Sequence record: PP496441.1
Reading direction: 5' to 3' (one strand)
Length of the DNA stretch: 64,000 bases
Made by a program: the position numbers and the translations under genes. Shown in pieces: positions 9,952 through 18,291 of the stretch; position 1 is the stretch's first letter; each line of letters starts with the position of its first letter. The notes beneath the pieces were generated by a model. It did no database searches and was not told where the DNA came from. It saw only the letters and a list, made by a program, of their open reading frames with translations.

Positions 9952-11163
9952 ATGATCAAATTCGTGGAGATATCCGCACCTAGTTCGGACTTCGCCAAGA
10001 CCCTCAAGAAAGGCATACGGGTCGTGGTCAACATGGGATCTACTAAGGAACCGTCCTATTGGATGGCTACTGTAGCAAAGAACAATGCAGCGAAGGGCAC
10101 CGTCAACCTGAACTTCGATGATGGAGACGTGGCCGAGTACAAAGCTATCAAGTCCAAGGTGGGTATTGTCGGGATCGGAGTTGCCAAAGTCCGCAAGACT
10201 GAAATCCCATTGTCTCAGGTTGGCAAGTGGCTTACTAGTGAGGAAACTAAATCACCGTCCTCCAACCTGTCTGACCCTGTCCAGAAGTTTTTAGCTAAGT
10301 GGGTAGACTCCTTTGATAAGGACGGGGCCAATCCTTCAAATAAGAAATATTTGTTAAAGACAATGAAGGACTTATTACCTAGCATACCCGAAGAGTATAG
10401 AAAACATACGGGTAGCCTTTTCCGAGGGGTTAGGCTACCCGTAGAAGCTGTAACTTCTATCCTCGCGGGTTCTCGACTAAAATTTAAAGATGAATTCATT
10501 TCGTATTCCTCCGATAGAGATGCTGCTGTAAAATTTGCGGCCTATGTAGACTATGATAAAGGAAAAGAACAAATAGGGATAGTAATAAAAGAGGCTAGTA
10601 ACTCTGTTGCGGTTAATATCTTTGAGGTATGGGATAACATCTCGTCAAAGTACAAAGATATACATTCTCAATCATTTGTAGACGAGGAAAAAGAAGTAGT
10701 ACTTCAAAACTCCAACCTGGGACTAGCTACTTCACAGATTGATATGCTACTTATATCTAAAGGTAAAATAAAATCATTAGGGAAGCAGGAGCCTCCCGGC
10801 TGGAATAAGTTTCTTAAATCAAGTGGAATACTTAAAGACATATATTGCATTCCCAACACTAAAGATAATATTAAGGGTGTACAAGAAGTCCTTAGTTTGA
10901 ACACGACAACTCTTATGAATCCGCAGAAGGTGTCGGCTGTACTAACCAAACTAGGATTTCCTAAATCTAACGGGGAAACATTTAGGACGTTGTACCTTCC
11001 TGACCTAGAGCTTTCTATAAAAGCGTCTATGGTTCCTCAAGGAATACTGTTCGAGACTGGTAAGGGCTGGCGATTTGCCAAGTTTGAGTATAAACAGGTA
11101 GGGATAGCAGAGGATGAAGCATCCGCTATCAATTTATTTAATAGGATAGCCAAACAAAGATAA
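9952..11163 (+). CDS. Tudor-like module fused to R-S-E ADP-ribosyltransferase-like domain
   Basis: LFRGV, FISYSSD and EEKEVVL motifs; core about 35% GC; N- and C-terminal modules paralogous to 11250..13268. Confidence 0.7.
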   Translation: MIKFVEISAPSSDFAKTLKKGIRVVVNMGSTKEPSYWMATVAKNNAAKGTVNLNFDDGDVAEYKAIKSKVGIVGIGVAKVRKTEIPLSQVGKWLTSEETKSPSSNLSDPVQKFLAKWVDSFDKDGANPSNKKYLLKTMKDLLPSIPEEYRKHTGSLFRGVRLPVEAVTSILAGSRLKFKDEFISYSSDRDAAVKFAAYVDYDKGKEQIGIVIKEASNSVAVNIFEVWDNISSKYKDIHSQSFVDEEKEVVLQNSNLGLATSQIDMLLISKGKIKSLGKQEPPGWNKFLKSSGILKDIYCIPNTKDNIKGVQEVLSLNTTTLMNPQKVSAVLTKLGFPKSNGETFRTLYLPDLELSIKASMVPQGILFETGKGWRFAKFEYKQVGIAEDEASAINLFNRIAKQR

Positions 11164-11166
11164 TAG

Positions 11167-11196
11167 TTGCACGGGCTGTTTTGGGTGTGATATAAT
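11167..11196 (+). promoter_or_regulatory. sigma70 extended -10 early promoter
   Basis: TTGCAC-18-TATAAT with TGn; near-duplicate at 48392. Confidence 0.8.
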
Positions 11197-11249
11197 AGCA
11201 CCATGGCACTATTCAAGCGCCGCCCACTGTCCCAATGAGGAAAGCAACC

Positions 11250-13268
11250 ATGACCAGATTGACCCTAGCAACCGTCAACGCCGAGATCGCAAAGTCCGGT
11301 GGCAAAGAAACTCTGGTCAAGGGTAAGGACTACTTCTACTGGATCGGTGGCCGTGCCGATGCCGATCCTCAAATCTGGATTTCCATTTACGTTGCTGCGC
11401 TAAACCAGATGACACTGGCCCAGTGGCTGGAAGACTGGAAGCGCAATGACGACCAATACAACAAACCTACTCCCGACAAGGAAACCCGCAAAATGGCTAT
11501 CAGACACGTTCAGACCCTCGCAGCTCCTGCCAAATCCGGTAAGACGGCATCTGCCAACCCAGCACTGGAAGCAGCCGAAGCTGAACTTAAAAAGGTTCAG
11601 AGCATCATTCAGGGTTTCAAAGCCCGTGGCCTGGTCCCTACTTCCCCGTGGGAAAGGAAACTCAAGGACGCTAAGGCAGCTGTGTCCGCCGCCAAGAAAA
11701 AGAAGACCACTGCTACTGCTGCTCCTGCACAGGAGACCGCTTCCCCGGCTACCGACTTCGCCAAGTCGTTGAAGAAGGGCGTTCGTGTACTGGTCAATCT
11801 CGGCAACACCAAAGAACCGTCCTACTTCCTCGGCGCCATCACCAAGAACAACGCCAGCAAGGGTTCGGTCAACGTGCTGTTTGACGACGGCGACGTTGCA
11901 GAGGTACGTGCGATCAAATCCAAGGTCGGCATCGTGGGCATCGCCATCGACAAGGTACGCAAGTCGGAAGTTCCTGCTGCCCAGATCAGCAAGTGGCTGG
12001 CCGGTGCAACGCCAGCGACCAAGGTACCCGTAGAATTCATTCCGGTACCTACTCCGGTAGCTGAAATCCCCGACGCAGGTCTGGAACAGGTTATTCAAGC
12101 CATACTCAAGCGTAGTGTCTCGGGTGCCCTGTCAGTGGAGAAGACGCATAAAATGGACTTTACCAAAGAGGCCATGCCTAAAGCTATGCGTACTAACTAC
12201 CTGAGCGTAGCGAAAAAAGCAGGGGTGAAGACTGCTACCTTCGATAATAAATCCCAGAAGTGGGTACCAGATGGACTTGCAACGGTTCCGGTTATCCCAA
12301 AAGCAGGTCAGGACATCCGCGGCCCGAAGAAAGGCTTCATTGGTGCTAAAGATGATGCGTCTTTAAAAGTCGCGGTGAATGCGTTGAAAGATGCAGGCTT
12401 CCCAAGCCCAGCTAAAGGTAAGGGCGTTACCTACAAGCAACTGACGCCGCAGCTGGCACTGTGCGCCACCATCCTGCCTGAAGGTATCCTGATCGAGTAC
12501 GGGCTGGGCAAAGTCACTGGCCTGCTGTCCTACACCGAGGTGGGTACGGCTACCACACTAGCCGAGTTGAAGTCGATGATCGCCGACGCCAAAGAGATTC
12601 CGGTGAAGGAACCAAAGAAGCGTAACCCGGCGAACAATGCGCTGGAGAACTTCCTTGAGGATGCAAAAGATTCAAAGAAAGGCGTTAAGGCCAAGCCGTA
12701 CAGCCCGGCAGAAGCCAGAAAGATCATTGGCGCAATCAGCGGCTGGAAGGCGTCCAGCGTGAAGAACAAAGCGTCGGCCACGTTCACCAAAGATTACCCG
12801 AACGGTGTCACTGCTACTGCTTACGTCTTCCCGCAGTACGTGTCGTTTGAATACCCACAAGGTGAGAACGATCACATCAGCGACTTGTCCAAGATCGCAG
12901 CTTACATCAAGCAGATCGACGATGATCAAGCAGTAACACCCGACCAAGGTAAAGCACTGGATGCTCTGGCCAAAGCGTTGAAGGGCTGGCCGAACAAGGT
13001 AATCCAACGGGATGCTGACGAAGACAACTTCCTGCTGCGCGGGTTTGAAGATGATGATCTTCCGGCTGATGTGGAGCCAACTGCTGACGCCATTGAAGCG
13101 CATGCAATCTCAATCTTCAAGAAGATGAAAAGCGTTGACAACTTCAAGAAAAGCAAGATGTACCACGGCGACAACACGTACTCCTTCTCGGCGGCTGGCA
13201 CCGTGGGTTACGTGTACTTCGATGAAGATGGCGTCGGCATGGTCCGTGCAACCCCGTTCCAAGAGTAA
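11250..13268 (+). CDS. chimaeric multi-module protein
   Basis: GAGG RBS supports ATG 11250; contains a Tudor-like module, a module shared with 9952 and a C-terminal module shared with 5260. Confidence 0.75.
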   Translation: MTRLTLATVNAEIAKSGGKETLVKGKDYFYWIGGRADADPQIWISIYVAALNQMTLAQWLEDWKRNDDQYNKPTPDKETRKMAIRHVQTLAAPAKSGKTASANPALEAAEAELKKVQSIIQGFKARGLVPTSPWERKLKDAKAAVSAAKKKKTTATAAPAQETASPATDFAKSLKKGVRVLVNLGNTKEPSYFLGAITKNNASKGSVNVLFDDGDVAEVRAIKSKVGIVGIAIDKVRKSEVPAAQISKWLAGATPATKVPVEFIPVPTPVAEIPDAGLEQVIQAILKRSVSGALSVEKTHKMDFTKEAMPKAMRTNYLSVAKKAGVKTATFDNKSQKWVPDGLATVPVIPKAGQDIRGPKKGFIGAKDDASLKVAVNALKDAGFPSPAKGKGVTYKQLTPQLALCATILPEGILIEYGLGKVTGLLSYTEVGTATTLAELKSMIADAKEIPVKEPKKRNPANNALENFLEDAKDSKKGVKAKPYSPAEARKIIGAISGWKASSVKNKASATFTKDYPNGVTATAYVFPQYVSFEYPQGENDHISDLSKIAAYIKQIDDDQAVTPDQGKALDALAKALKGWPNKVIQRDADEDNFLLRGFEDDDLPADVEPTADAIEAHAISIFKKMKSVDNFKKSKMYHGDNTYSFSAAGTVGYVYFDEDGVGMVRATPFQE

Positions 13269-13328
13269 GCGGTAAATGAGCAATAGCTAAGACACGTGTC
13301 CTGCTCCGGTAAGTGTGTCCTAGATTTA

Positions 13329-13364
13329 GCCCGCACTTTCCTCCCCGATTGTGCGGGCTTTTTT
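13329..13364 (+). terminator. rho-independent terminator
   Basis: GCCCGCAC...GTGCGGGC followed by T6. Confidence 0.85.
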
Positions 13365-13391
13365 ACCTGCAAAATATATTTGAAAATAAAT

Positions 13392-13420
13392 TTTACACAA
13401 TGCTGCCCATGTGCTATACT
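13392..13420 (+). promoter_or_regulatory. sigma70 extended -10 early promoter with UP element
   Basis: TTTACA-17-TATACT, TGn, AT-rich upstream AAAATATATTTGAAAAT. Confidence 0.75.
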
Positions 13421-13491
13421 GGAATCACGGGGGCGTGATACCCCACCAATACCGGCCCGAACGGCCACCACTATCCCAAGAGGAATTCACC

Positions 13492-13986
13492 ATGCCAGCG
13501 ATGAAGCCTAAGACCACCCCGAGAAAATCCGATATCCAGGTTGCTATCAGCCAACTGGAAAATTTGAAGACAGTAGCAGACGGTGATATGGATTCGGTAT
13601 ATCGTGGTGATCTGCAGTCGTGGTTGGCTGACTGGTATCCAGACTTTTCGTGGAACCCCAACCAGTCAAGCGTTCAGATTCAAGCAATGGTTGACCTTCC
13701 AGAGTTTGCGGAAGTCGAGTCCAAGATAAATGCCCGCTTCGACGTTGACTTCTACAAGGAGTTGGCTGACGGTGTAGCAGACGCCTGTGACTACCCACTG
13801 GTTCGCAACACGCTGAATGAGATGGGAAGAGACTCAATCCGTAACGCTTCAAAACGCGGCATGCGGTTTCACGTATTCGTTGACGGCATCTGGCAAACAA
13901 GCTGGAACAGCTACGAGGTGGCCAAGTCGATCGAAGCCAAAGAGAAGAACGCCGCGACTTATAACTCCCAGTTCGAGATCGTTTGA
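13492..13986 (+). CDS. hypothetical early protein
   Basis: AAGAGGA RBS supports ATG 13492. Confidence 0.7.
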   Translation: MPAMKPKTTPRKSDIQVAISQLENLKTVADGDMDSVYRGDLQSWLADWYPDFSWNPNQSSVQIQAMVDLPEFAEVESKINARFDVDFYKELADGVADACDYPLVRNTLNEMGRDSIRNASKRGMRFHVFVDGIWQTSWNSYEVAKSIEAKEKNAATYNSQFEIV

Positions 13987-14014
13987 TCAACCATATCCCA
14001 AAGAGGAATGCACC

Positions 14015-14488
14015 ATGACTTTCAAGTACACTCCAGACTTCGACGTTGCCAGCCGCACTTACCGTATCGAGTCTGACTTCGCTAACAAGGTGTTGACGTT
14101 CATTGAAACACTGTGGGGCCTGCCGGGCGCTGGTGGTACGCCGATCATGGAACGTTCCATTCAGATGTCCATGCAGAAGACCGAAAGCCACGAGATTCGT
14201 GTTACCAACTACTTCCAAGACAGCACGCTGCTGAAGACTGTCGTGGCCGTCCGTGCTTTCATGGACATGCGAGATGCTCCTAGCGCCGTGACCAATCACG
14301 TGTTCGTAGACGGGTTTGTCCCGAGCGAATCGTGGGGCTCAGACATCATGAGGACCTTCAACTCGATCATCATGGACGCCAACAAGTGGATGCGGGTAGC
14401 CGCTGAGATTGGTGTGGATCAGAGCATCCACTTGAATGAACTCCAGATGGACATGCAGGACAAGATGAACAAGGCCACTGGGCTCTGA
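14015..14488 (+). CDS. hypothetical protein
   Basis: AAGAGGA RBS supports ATG 14015. Confidence 0.7.
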   Translation: MTFKYTPDFDVASRTYRIESDFANKVLTFIETLWGLPGAGGTPIMERSIQMSMQKTESHEIRVTNYFQDSTLLKTVVAVRAFMDMRDAPSAVTNHVFVDGFVPSESWGSDIMRTFNSIIMDANKWMRVAAEIGVDQSIHLNELQMDMQDKMNKATGL

Positions 14489-14497
14489 TCCACAACC

Positions 14498-14513
14498 GGG
14501 ACCGTAAGGTCCC
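14498..14513 (+). repeat. GNRA-loop hairpin GGGACC-GTAA-GGTCCC, copy 2
   Basis: Perfect 6-bp stem; see 7465 and 48985. Confidence 0.8.
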
Positions 14514-14547
14514 ACTCCAACCTAATATCCCTAAGAGGAACGCAATA

Positions 14548-15033
14548 ATGAACAAGCACAATCTCGCAACTGGCTCCCTGATCCTTCTCGTCACCGGCTT
14601 TCTGATGGCAGGTGTTGTAACTCAAGCAAGCGCCGCAATGATCGCTCCCCCGGTCCTTCAGACGAATGGTAATGGTCCGGCACCGTCCGCCAACTTCGCC
14701 CGCAACGAAGAGATGTTCTGCAAGAAGCTGGGCCGCGTGTCGTTCACCGCTGCACAGATGCGTGATGTGGACGCAACACCGGAAGAGACGACTTCCGCCG
14801 TGGACATGATGACCACCACGCTGCGTCCAGACACCCGTGAGATGATGCGCTCCGTGGTCACAGCGGTATACGGTGACGCCAAGGGGCTCAAGCCGGAAGA
14901 GATATCGCTGAATTTGTTCTCTAATTGTATGGGACGCGTTGACCCCGCAACCACGTACACCCAGAACGGACGCCCACCGGCACAGCAAGCGCCGACAGAG
15001 GTTTCCACTACGCCCAGACCAATCACCCATTAA
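14548..15033 (+). CDS. exported hypothetical protein
   Basis: N-terminal hydrophobic signal ending ASA; two Cys. Confidence 0.7.
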   Translation: MNKHNLATGSLILLVTGFLMAGVVTQASAAMIAPPVLQTNGNGPAPSANFARNEEMFCKKLGRVSFTAAQMRDVDATPEETTSAVDMMTTTLRPDTREMMRSVVTAVYGDAKGLKPEEISLNLFSNCMGRVDPATTYTQNGRPPAQQAPTEVSTTPRPITH

Positions 15034-15062
15034 CCCACGCTGACCGCGTAAGGTAGACTACC

Positions 15063-15371
15063 GTGAAAGACAAAATCGCCCTCGTAATTTTTGCTGTGTA
15101 TCTGATGTTCGTGCCCATCGCGCAGGCAGCAGACACCAACGTTATCGGCACTCAATACGAAACGTGGGAGAAAGGCGTAGCCGCTTGCCTACGTACCCAG
15201 GTGGTTGGTGGGTACGGATGTGACAACGGCGATGGCGTCAAGCTGTTCTCCCAGTACGTGCAAGCGATCTTGGATAGTAACGGTAGGGAATCCTACAAGA
15301 GTAGAGTGGTCGCACTCGACTACCGAGGTGATGGCGCGATCATCATTCATTACGTGTTCACCCGCAAGTAA
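15063..15371 (+). CDS. small exported protein, paralogue of 19524..19880
   Basis: Signal peptide ending AQA; G.YE...GV..C...G.GC pattern. Confidence 0.65.
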   Translation: MKDKIALVIFAVYLMFVPIAQAADTNVIGTQYETWEKGVAACLRTQVVGGYGCDNGDGVKLFSQYVQAILDSNGRESYKSRVVALDYRGDGAIIIHYVFTRK

Positions 15372-15377
15372 CGTCAA

Positions 15378-15408
15378 GCCCGCCCGGATAGCCCCGAGGT
15401 GGGCTTTT
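15378..15408 (+). terminator. terminator, duplicated at 30317
   Basis: GCCCGCC...GGTGGGC followed by T-tract; TAGCCCCGAGGTGGGCTTT identical in both copies. Confidence 0.8.
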
Positions 15409-15450
15409 TCGTTTCCGGCGCACCATCGATGCTGGGATATCGGCATCGCA

Positions 15451-15472
15451 CCGCCTGCGTGATCCTACGCGG
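15451..15472. repeat. 22-nt exact repeat CCGCCTGCGTGATCCTACGCGG, copy 1
   Basis: Identical to 55905..55926. Confidence 0.9.
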
Positions 15473-15639
15473 TCGGGTACACTGCCAGTCGGGCACTGAT
15501 CAACGTGGCTAAGGGCTAATTTAATCGGTAAATGATTGACAGTCCCACCAAGAACCATCCTACCTAAATGCATCTTGCAGGTAAGCACCGCCATTAATTC
15601 AAGGGGTCTGCGGCCCCACCGTTTCGGAGCACAAACAGA

Positions 15640-16818
15640 ATGACGAAGAAGATTGGTACAGCACTGGCCGTATTGGTGTGCATGTTGACACTACAAGGTC
15701 AGGCCCATGCCGACTACGACACCAAGGCTTGCAACGTGTCGTTCACGGAAGAGCAGGAACGAATACTGGGGAGTGCCCATCAGGTAGGTTCCCCGGTTAA
15801 CTTCGGAGTGACTCTCCAAGCCATCGCGTGGAAAGAGTCCTTCGTGGGTGATAAGGTAGTTCGTGCCAACCCAACCGACGGGCGTTACGGTTCTTACGGC
15901 ATCACTCACGTGCAGCTCTCGACGGGCGCATGGATGCTGGACCAGAAGCCCACCAAACCATTCCGAACAGGTCTTCGTAACGATCTAGTCACCGACGACA
16001 GCTATGCGCTCCAGTTCGCTGCGGCCTATCTGGTGCACACGGAAACCATCGCCAAGAAGATCACCCGTGACGGTAACCGCCAATGGCGAGCCACGGTGGC
16101 GTCTTACAACGGATCAGGTGCCCAAGCGCGCCGCTACGTGGAAGACGTTGCCGACAAAGTATCCTACCTTAAATCATGTGGGTTGACCAAGACCATGAAA
16201 CGAATCAGTACGCCGCTGGTTGCTGCAGACAGCACCGCCAAGAAGTCCGCCAAGGAAAAGCTGCGTGATCGACTTGCCGAGAAGCGTGTGGCTACGGCAG
16301 TGGCCGAGACCAAATCCAAGCGCCCCAACACCAAGTCTCGCAAAGTGGCGGATGAACCCGTCAAGGTGAAGCGTGCCCGTGACGTACTGGCCGCCGCCGG
16401 TGCACTCCCGCGCAAGTCTCCGAAGTCAGTATTGCGTAACGCTGACCCTCTGACCAAAGAGTACATCCAGAAGAAGACGATGGACATCTACACCCGTGCA
16501 CTCAAGCGCGCCAAAGGTGATCCTACCGTAATCGCATGGGCCAAGGGGATGGCGGTCAAGCACATCAAAGATCCACTGGATCAACAATTCATGTTCTCAG
16601 TGCACACACTGGCGGCATGCTGTGTTGCCGGTGGGCAGACGAAGTTTCAAGCCGATCTGGACTTCCTCAACTTGATGCTGGCAACCTATCTGAACCCGAG
16701 CGTGGCACTGGTGTTCAAGAACGGCAAGTTCGACGCCGCACTGGTCAGTAAGGAAGAAGCCGCCGAGCGCATGCACAACGAAGACGGCATCAGCGTCATC
16801 TACAGCGTTATCGTATAA
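15640..16818 (+). CDS. SLT-family lytic transglycosylase with signal peptide and C-terminal extension
   Basis: AIAWKES (catalytic Glu), SYGITHV, AAAYL and ASYNG motifs; signal peptide ending AHA. Confidence 0.8.
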   Translation: MTKKIGTALAVLVCMLTLQGQAHADYDTKACNVSFTEEQERILGSAHQVGSPVNFGVTLQAIAWKESFVGDKVVRANPTDGRYGSYGITHVQLSTGAWMLDQKPTKPFRTGLRNDLVTDDSYALQFAAAYLVHTETIAKKITRDGNRQWRATVASYNGSGAQARRYVEDVADKVSYLKSCGLTKTMKRISTPLVAADSTAKKSAKEKLRDRLAEKRVATAVAETKSKRPNTKSRKVADEPVKVKRARDVLAAAGALPRKSPKSVLRNADPLTKEYIQKKTMDIYTRALKRAKGDPTVIAWAKGMAVKHIKDPLDQQFMFSVHTLAACCVAGGQTKFQADLDFLNLMLATYLNPSVALVFKNGKFDAALVSKEEAAERMHNEDGISVIYSVIV

Positions 16819-16828
16819 GGAGAGCATC

Positions 16829-16999
16829 ATGGCAAGTTCCGCTAAGAAAGACAAGTACCAAGACATTGACGTGGAACTTGCCATTCTCACCACGGTCAAG
16901 ACGGTAACGACGGGGAAGCAGCTGACGGACAAAGTGCGAGAGGCGTTCCCTGACCTCTCTGCCGAACAACTCAAACGTTGCCTGAACAAGTTCTGCTGA
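16829..16999 (+). CDS. small hypothetical protein (56 aa, not in track)
   Basis: AAGGAG RBS; fills the gap in the operon. Confidence 0.6.
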   Translation: MASSAKKDKYQDIDVELAILTTVKTVTTGKQLTDKVREAFPDLSAEQLKRCLNKFC

Positions 17000-17008
17000 G
17001 AATATCCT

Positions 17009-17284
17009 ATGATGACCCCTATCCCTGCTAATCAGGTAACTGCACATTGCACGTGCAACCGTGACTGGATCTTCAGGCATACCAGCCACGCCCCAGATGG
17101 TGATCCGTTGGGCGGCAAGCTTACCTGCTACACGTGTGGGTTGACCACAAGGTTTGACTACTCCTTCCGGGAGTCAAGGCGTATAATATGGAAGCATGAG
17201 AGCCTTGGCAACGGTGTATGGCCGATACCTGATGATGTGTGGGTGGAATTGCAAAAGATGAATGCCCAGCGCGGGAAGAAGTAA
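17009..17284 (+). CDS. hypothetical zinc-ribbon protein
   Basis: CTC...CYTC motifs. Confidence 0.6.
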   Translation: MMTPIPANQVTAHCTCNRDWIFRHTSHAPDGDPLGGKLTCYTCGLTTRFDYSFRESRRIIWKHESLGNGVWPIPDDVWVELQKMNAQRGKK

Positions 17285-17309
17285 CTACCCTAATCCGAGA
17301 TACCCTACC

Positions 17310-18290
17310 ATGAAATACATCATCTTCGACGTGACGGTGAGCAAAGGGGTAAAGAAGAAGGTTCCTGTGATCTTCGATGAGTTCCTTGTGCACGCGGATG
17401 TCGCCCGTAAGCTTCAAGATGTATCCAAGCCGCTGAAGCTGCGCCCGGCCACGGCAGGCTTTATCGACTTCGATGTCAAGCAGACGTACGGGAAGTCTAC
17501 GTCATTGGGTATCGGTATCGGCATTGATGATTGCGAGATCATCGAGCGTATGTATCTCACCAAGGGATATCAGAGCCCGGAAATGGATGATTTGATATCC
17601 AGTCTGGTCAGCAAAGCGGAAGCGGTCGCCAGTAAGATGGTAGGTAAGGTAGCCAACGACAACGGCCCGTTGATTTGCCCGGTGTGCACGCGCCCAGACA
17701 ATCGTCCGCATGAAGGTTGGCACACTATCTACAACTGCCACTTCGACTGCATCGAAGGTTATGAAGCACTGGCGGAAGGCCAAACGCTCGCGCCACCAGC
17801 CAGCGTACCCAATCTCATGGCTGCCGCACGGCAAGCTCTTGACCAGTCCCGTGCGGCGAAGCAAGAGCCTACGCTGGCCCATGCGTTCACCCATACCTGC
17901 CAACTCCCCAGCGTGGTGCCGAACGTCCAGATGGACACACGCACCGCCAAGCCGCTGCTATTCACATGCCAGCGAGCCGTCCAGGCGCTCATTGCAGCGC
18001 GTCCGGCCAGCCCCCTATTCAAACGGGCGCACTGGCACTCCAAACAAGCCCTGATGGCTTCACAGCGCTTCACACAAGCATACCTGTTCCATGCGTACCA
18101 GCTCGCGGCGATGTCGGCGTGGGAGGATAACGCGGAGAAGATCGAGTGCATGACCTTGATCAACTTGGTGCAGACCATGGACCCGCACAATGAATTACGT
18201 GACAAGGTTTTCACGGTAAATACTCAACATGGAACAGTGACTACTCACTCTCTATCCCAAGCTAAATCCTTTGCTAGCAGGCAGGTTTAA
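17310..18290 (+). CDS. mosaic hypothetical protein
   Basis: N-terminal VPVIF..F..HAD module plus CPVC..HFDC module; start chosen at ATG 17310. Confidence 0.65.
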   Translation: MKYIIFDVTVSKGVKKKVPVIFDEFLVHADVARKLQDVSKPLKLRPATAGFIDFDVKQTYGKSTSLGIGIGIDDCEIIERMYLTKGYQSPEMDDLISSLVSKAEAVASKMVGKVANDNGPLICPVCTRPDNRPHEGWHTIYNCHFDCIEGYEALAEGQTLAPPASVPNLMAAARQALDQSRAAKQEPTLAHAFTHTCQLPSVVPNVQMDTRTAKPLLFTCQRAVQALIAARPASPLFKRAHWHSKQALMASQRFTQAYLFHAYQLAAMSAWEDNAEKIECMTLINLVQTMDPHNELRDKVFTVNTQHGTVTTHSLSQAKSFASRQV

Positions 18291-18291
18291 A

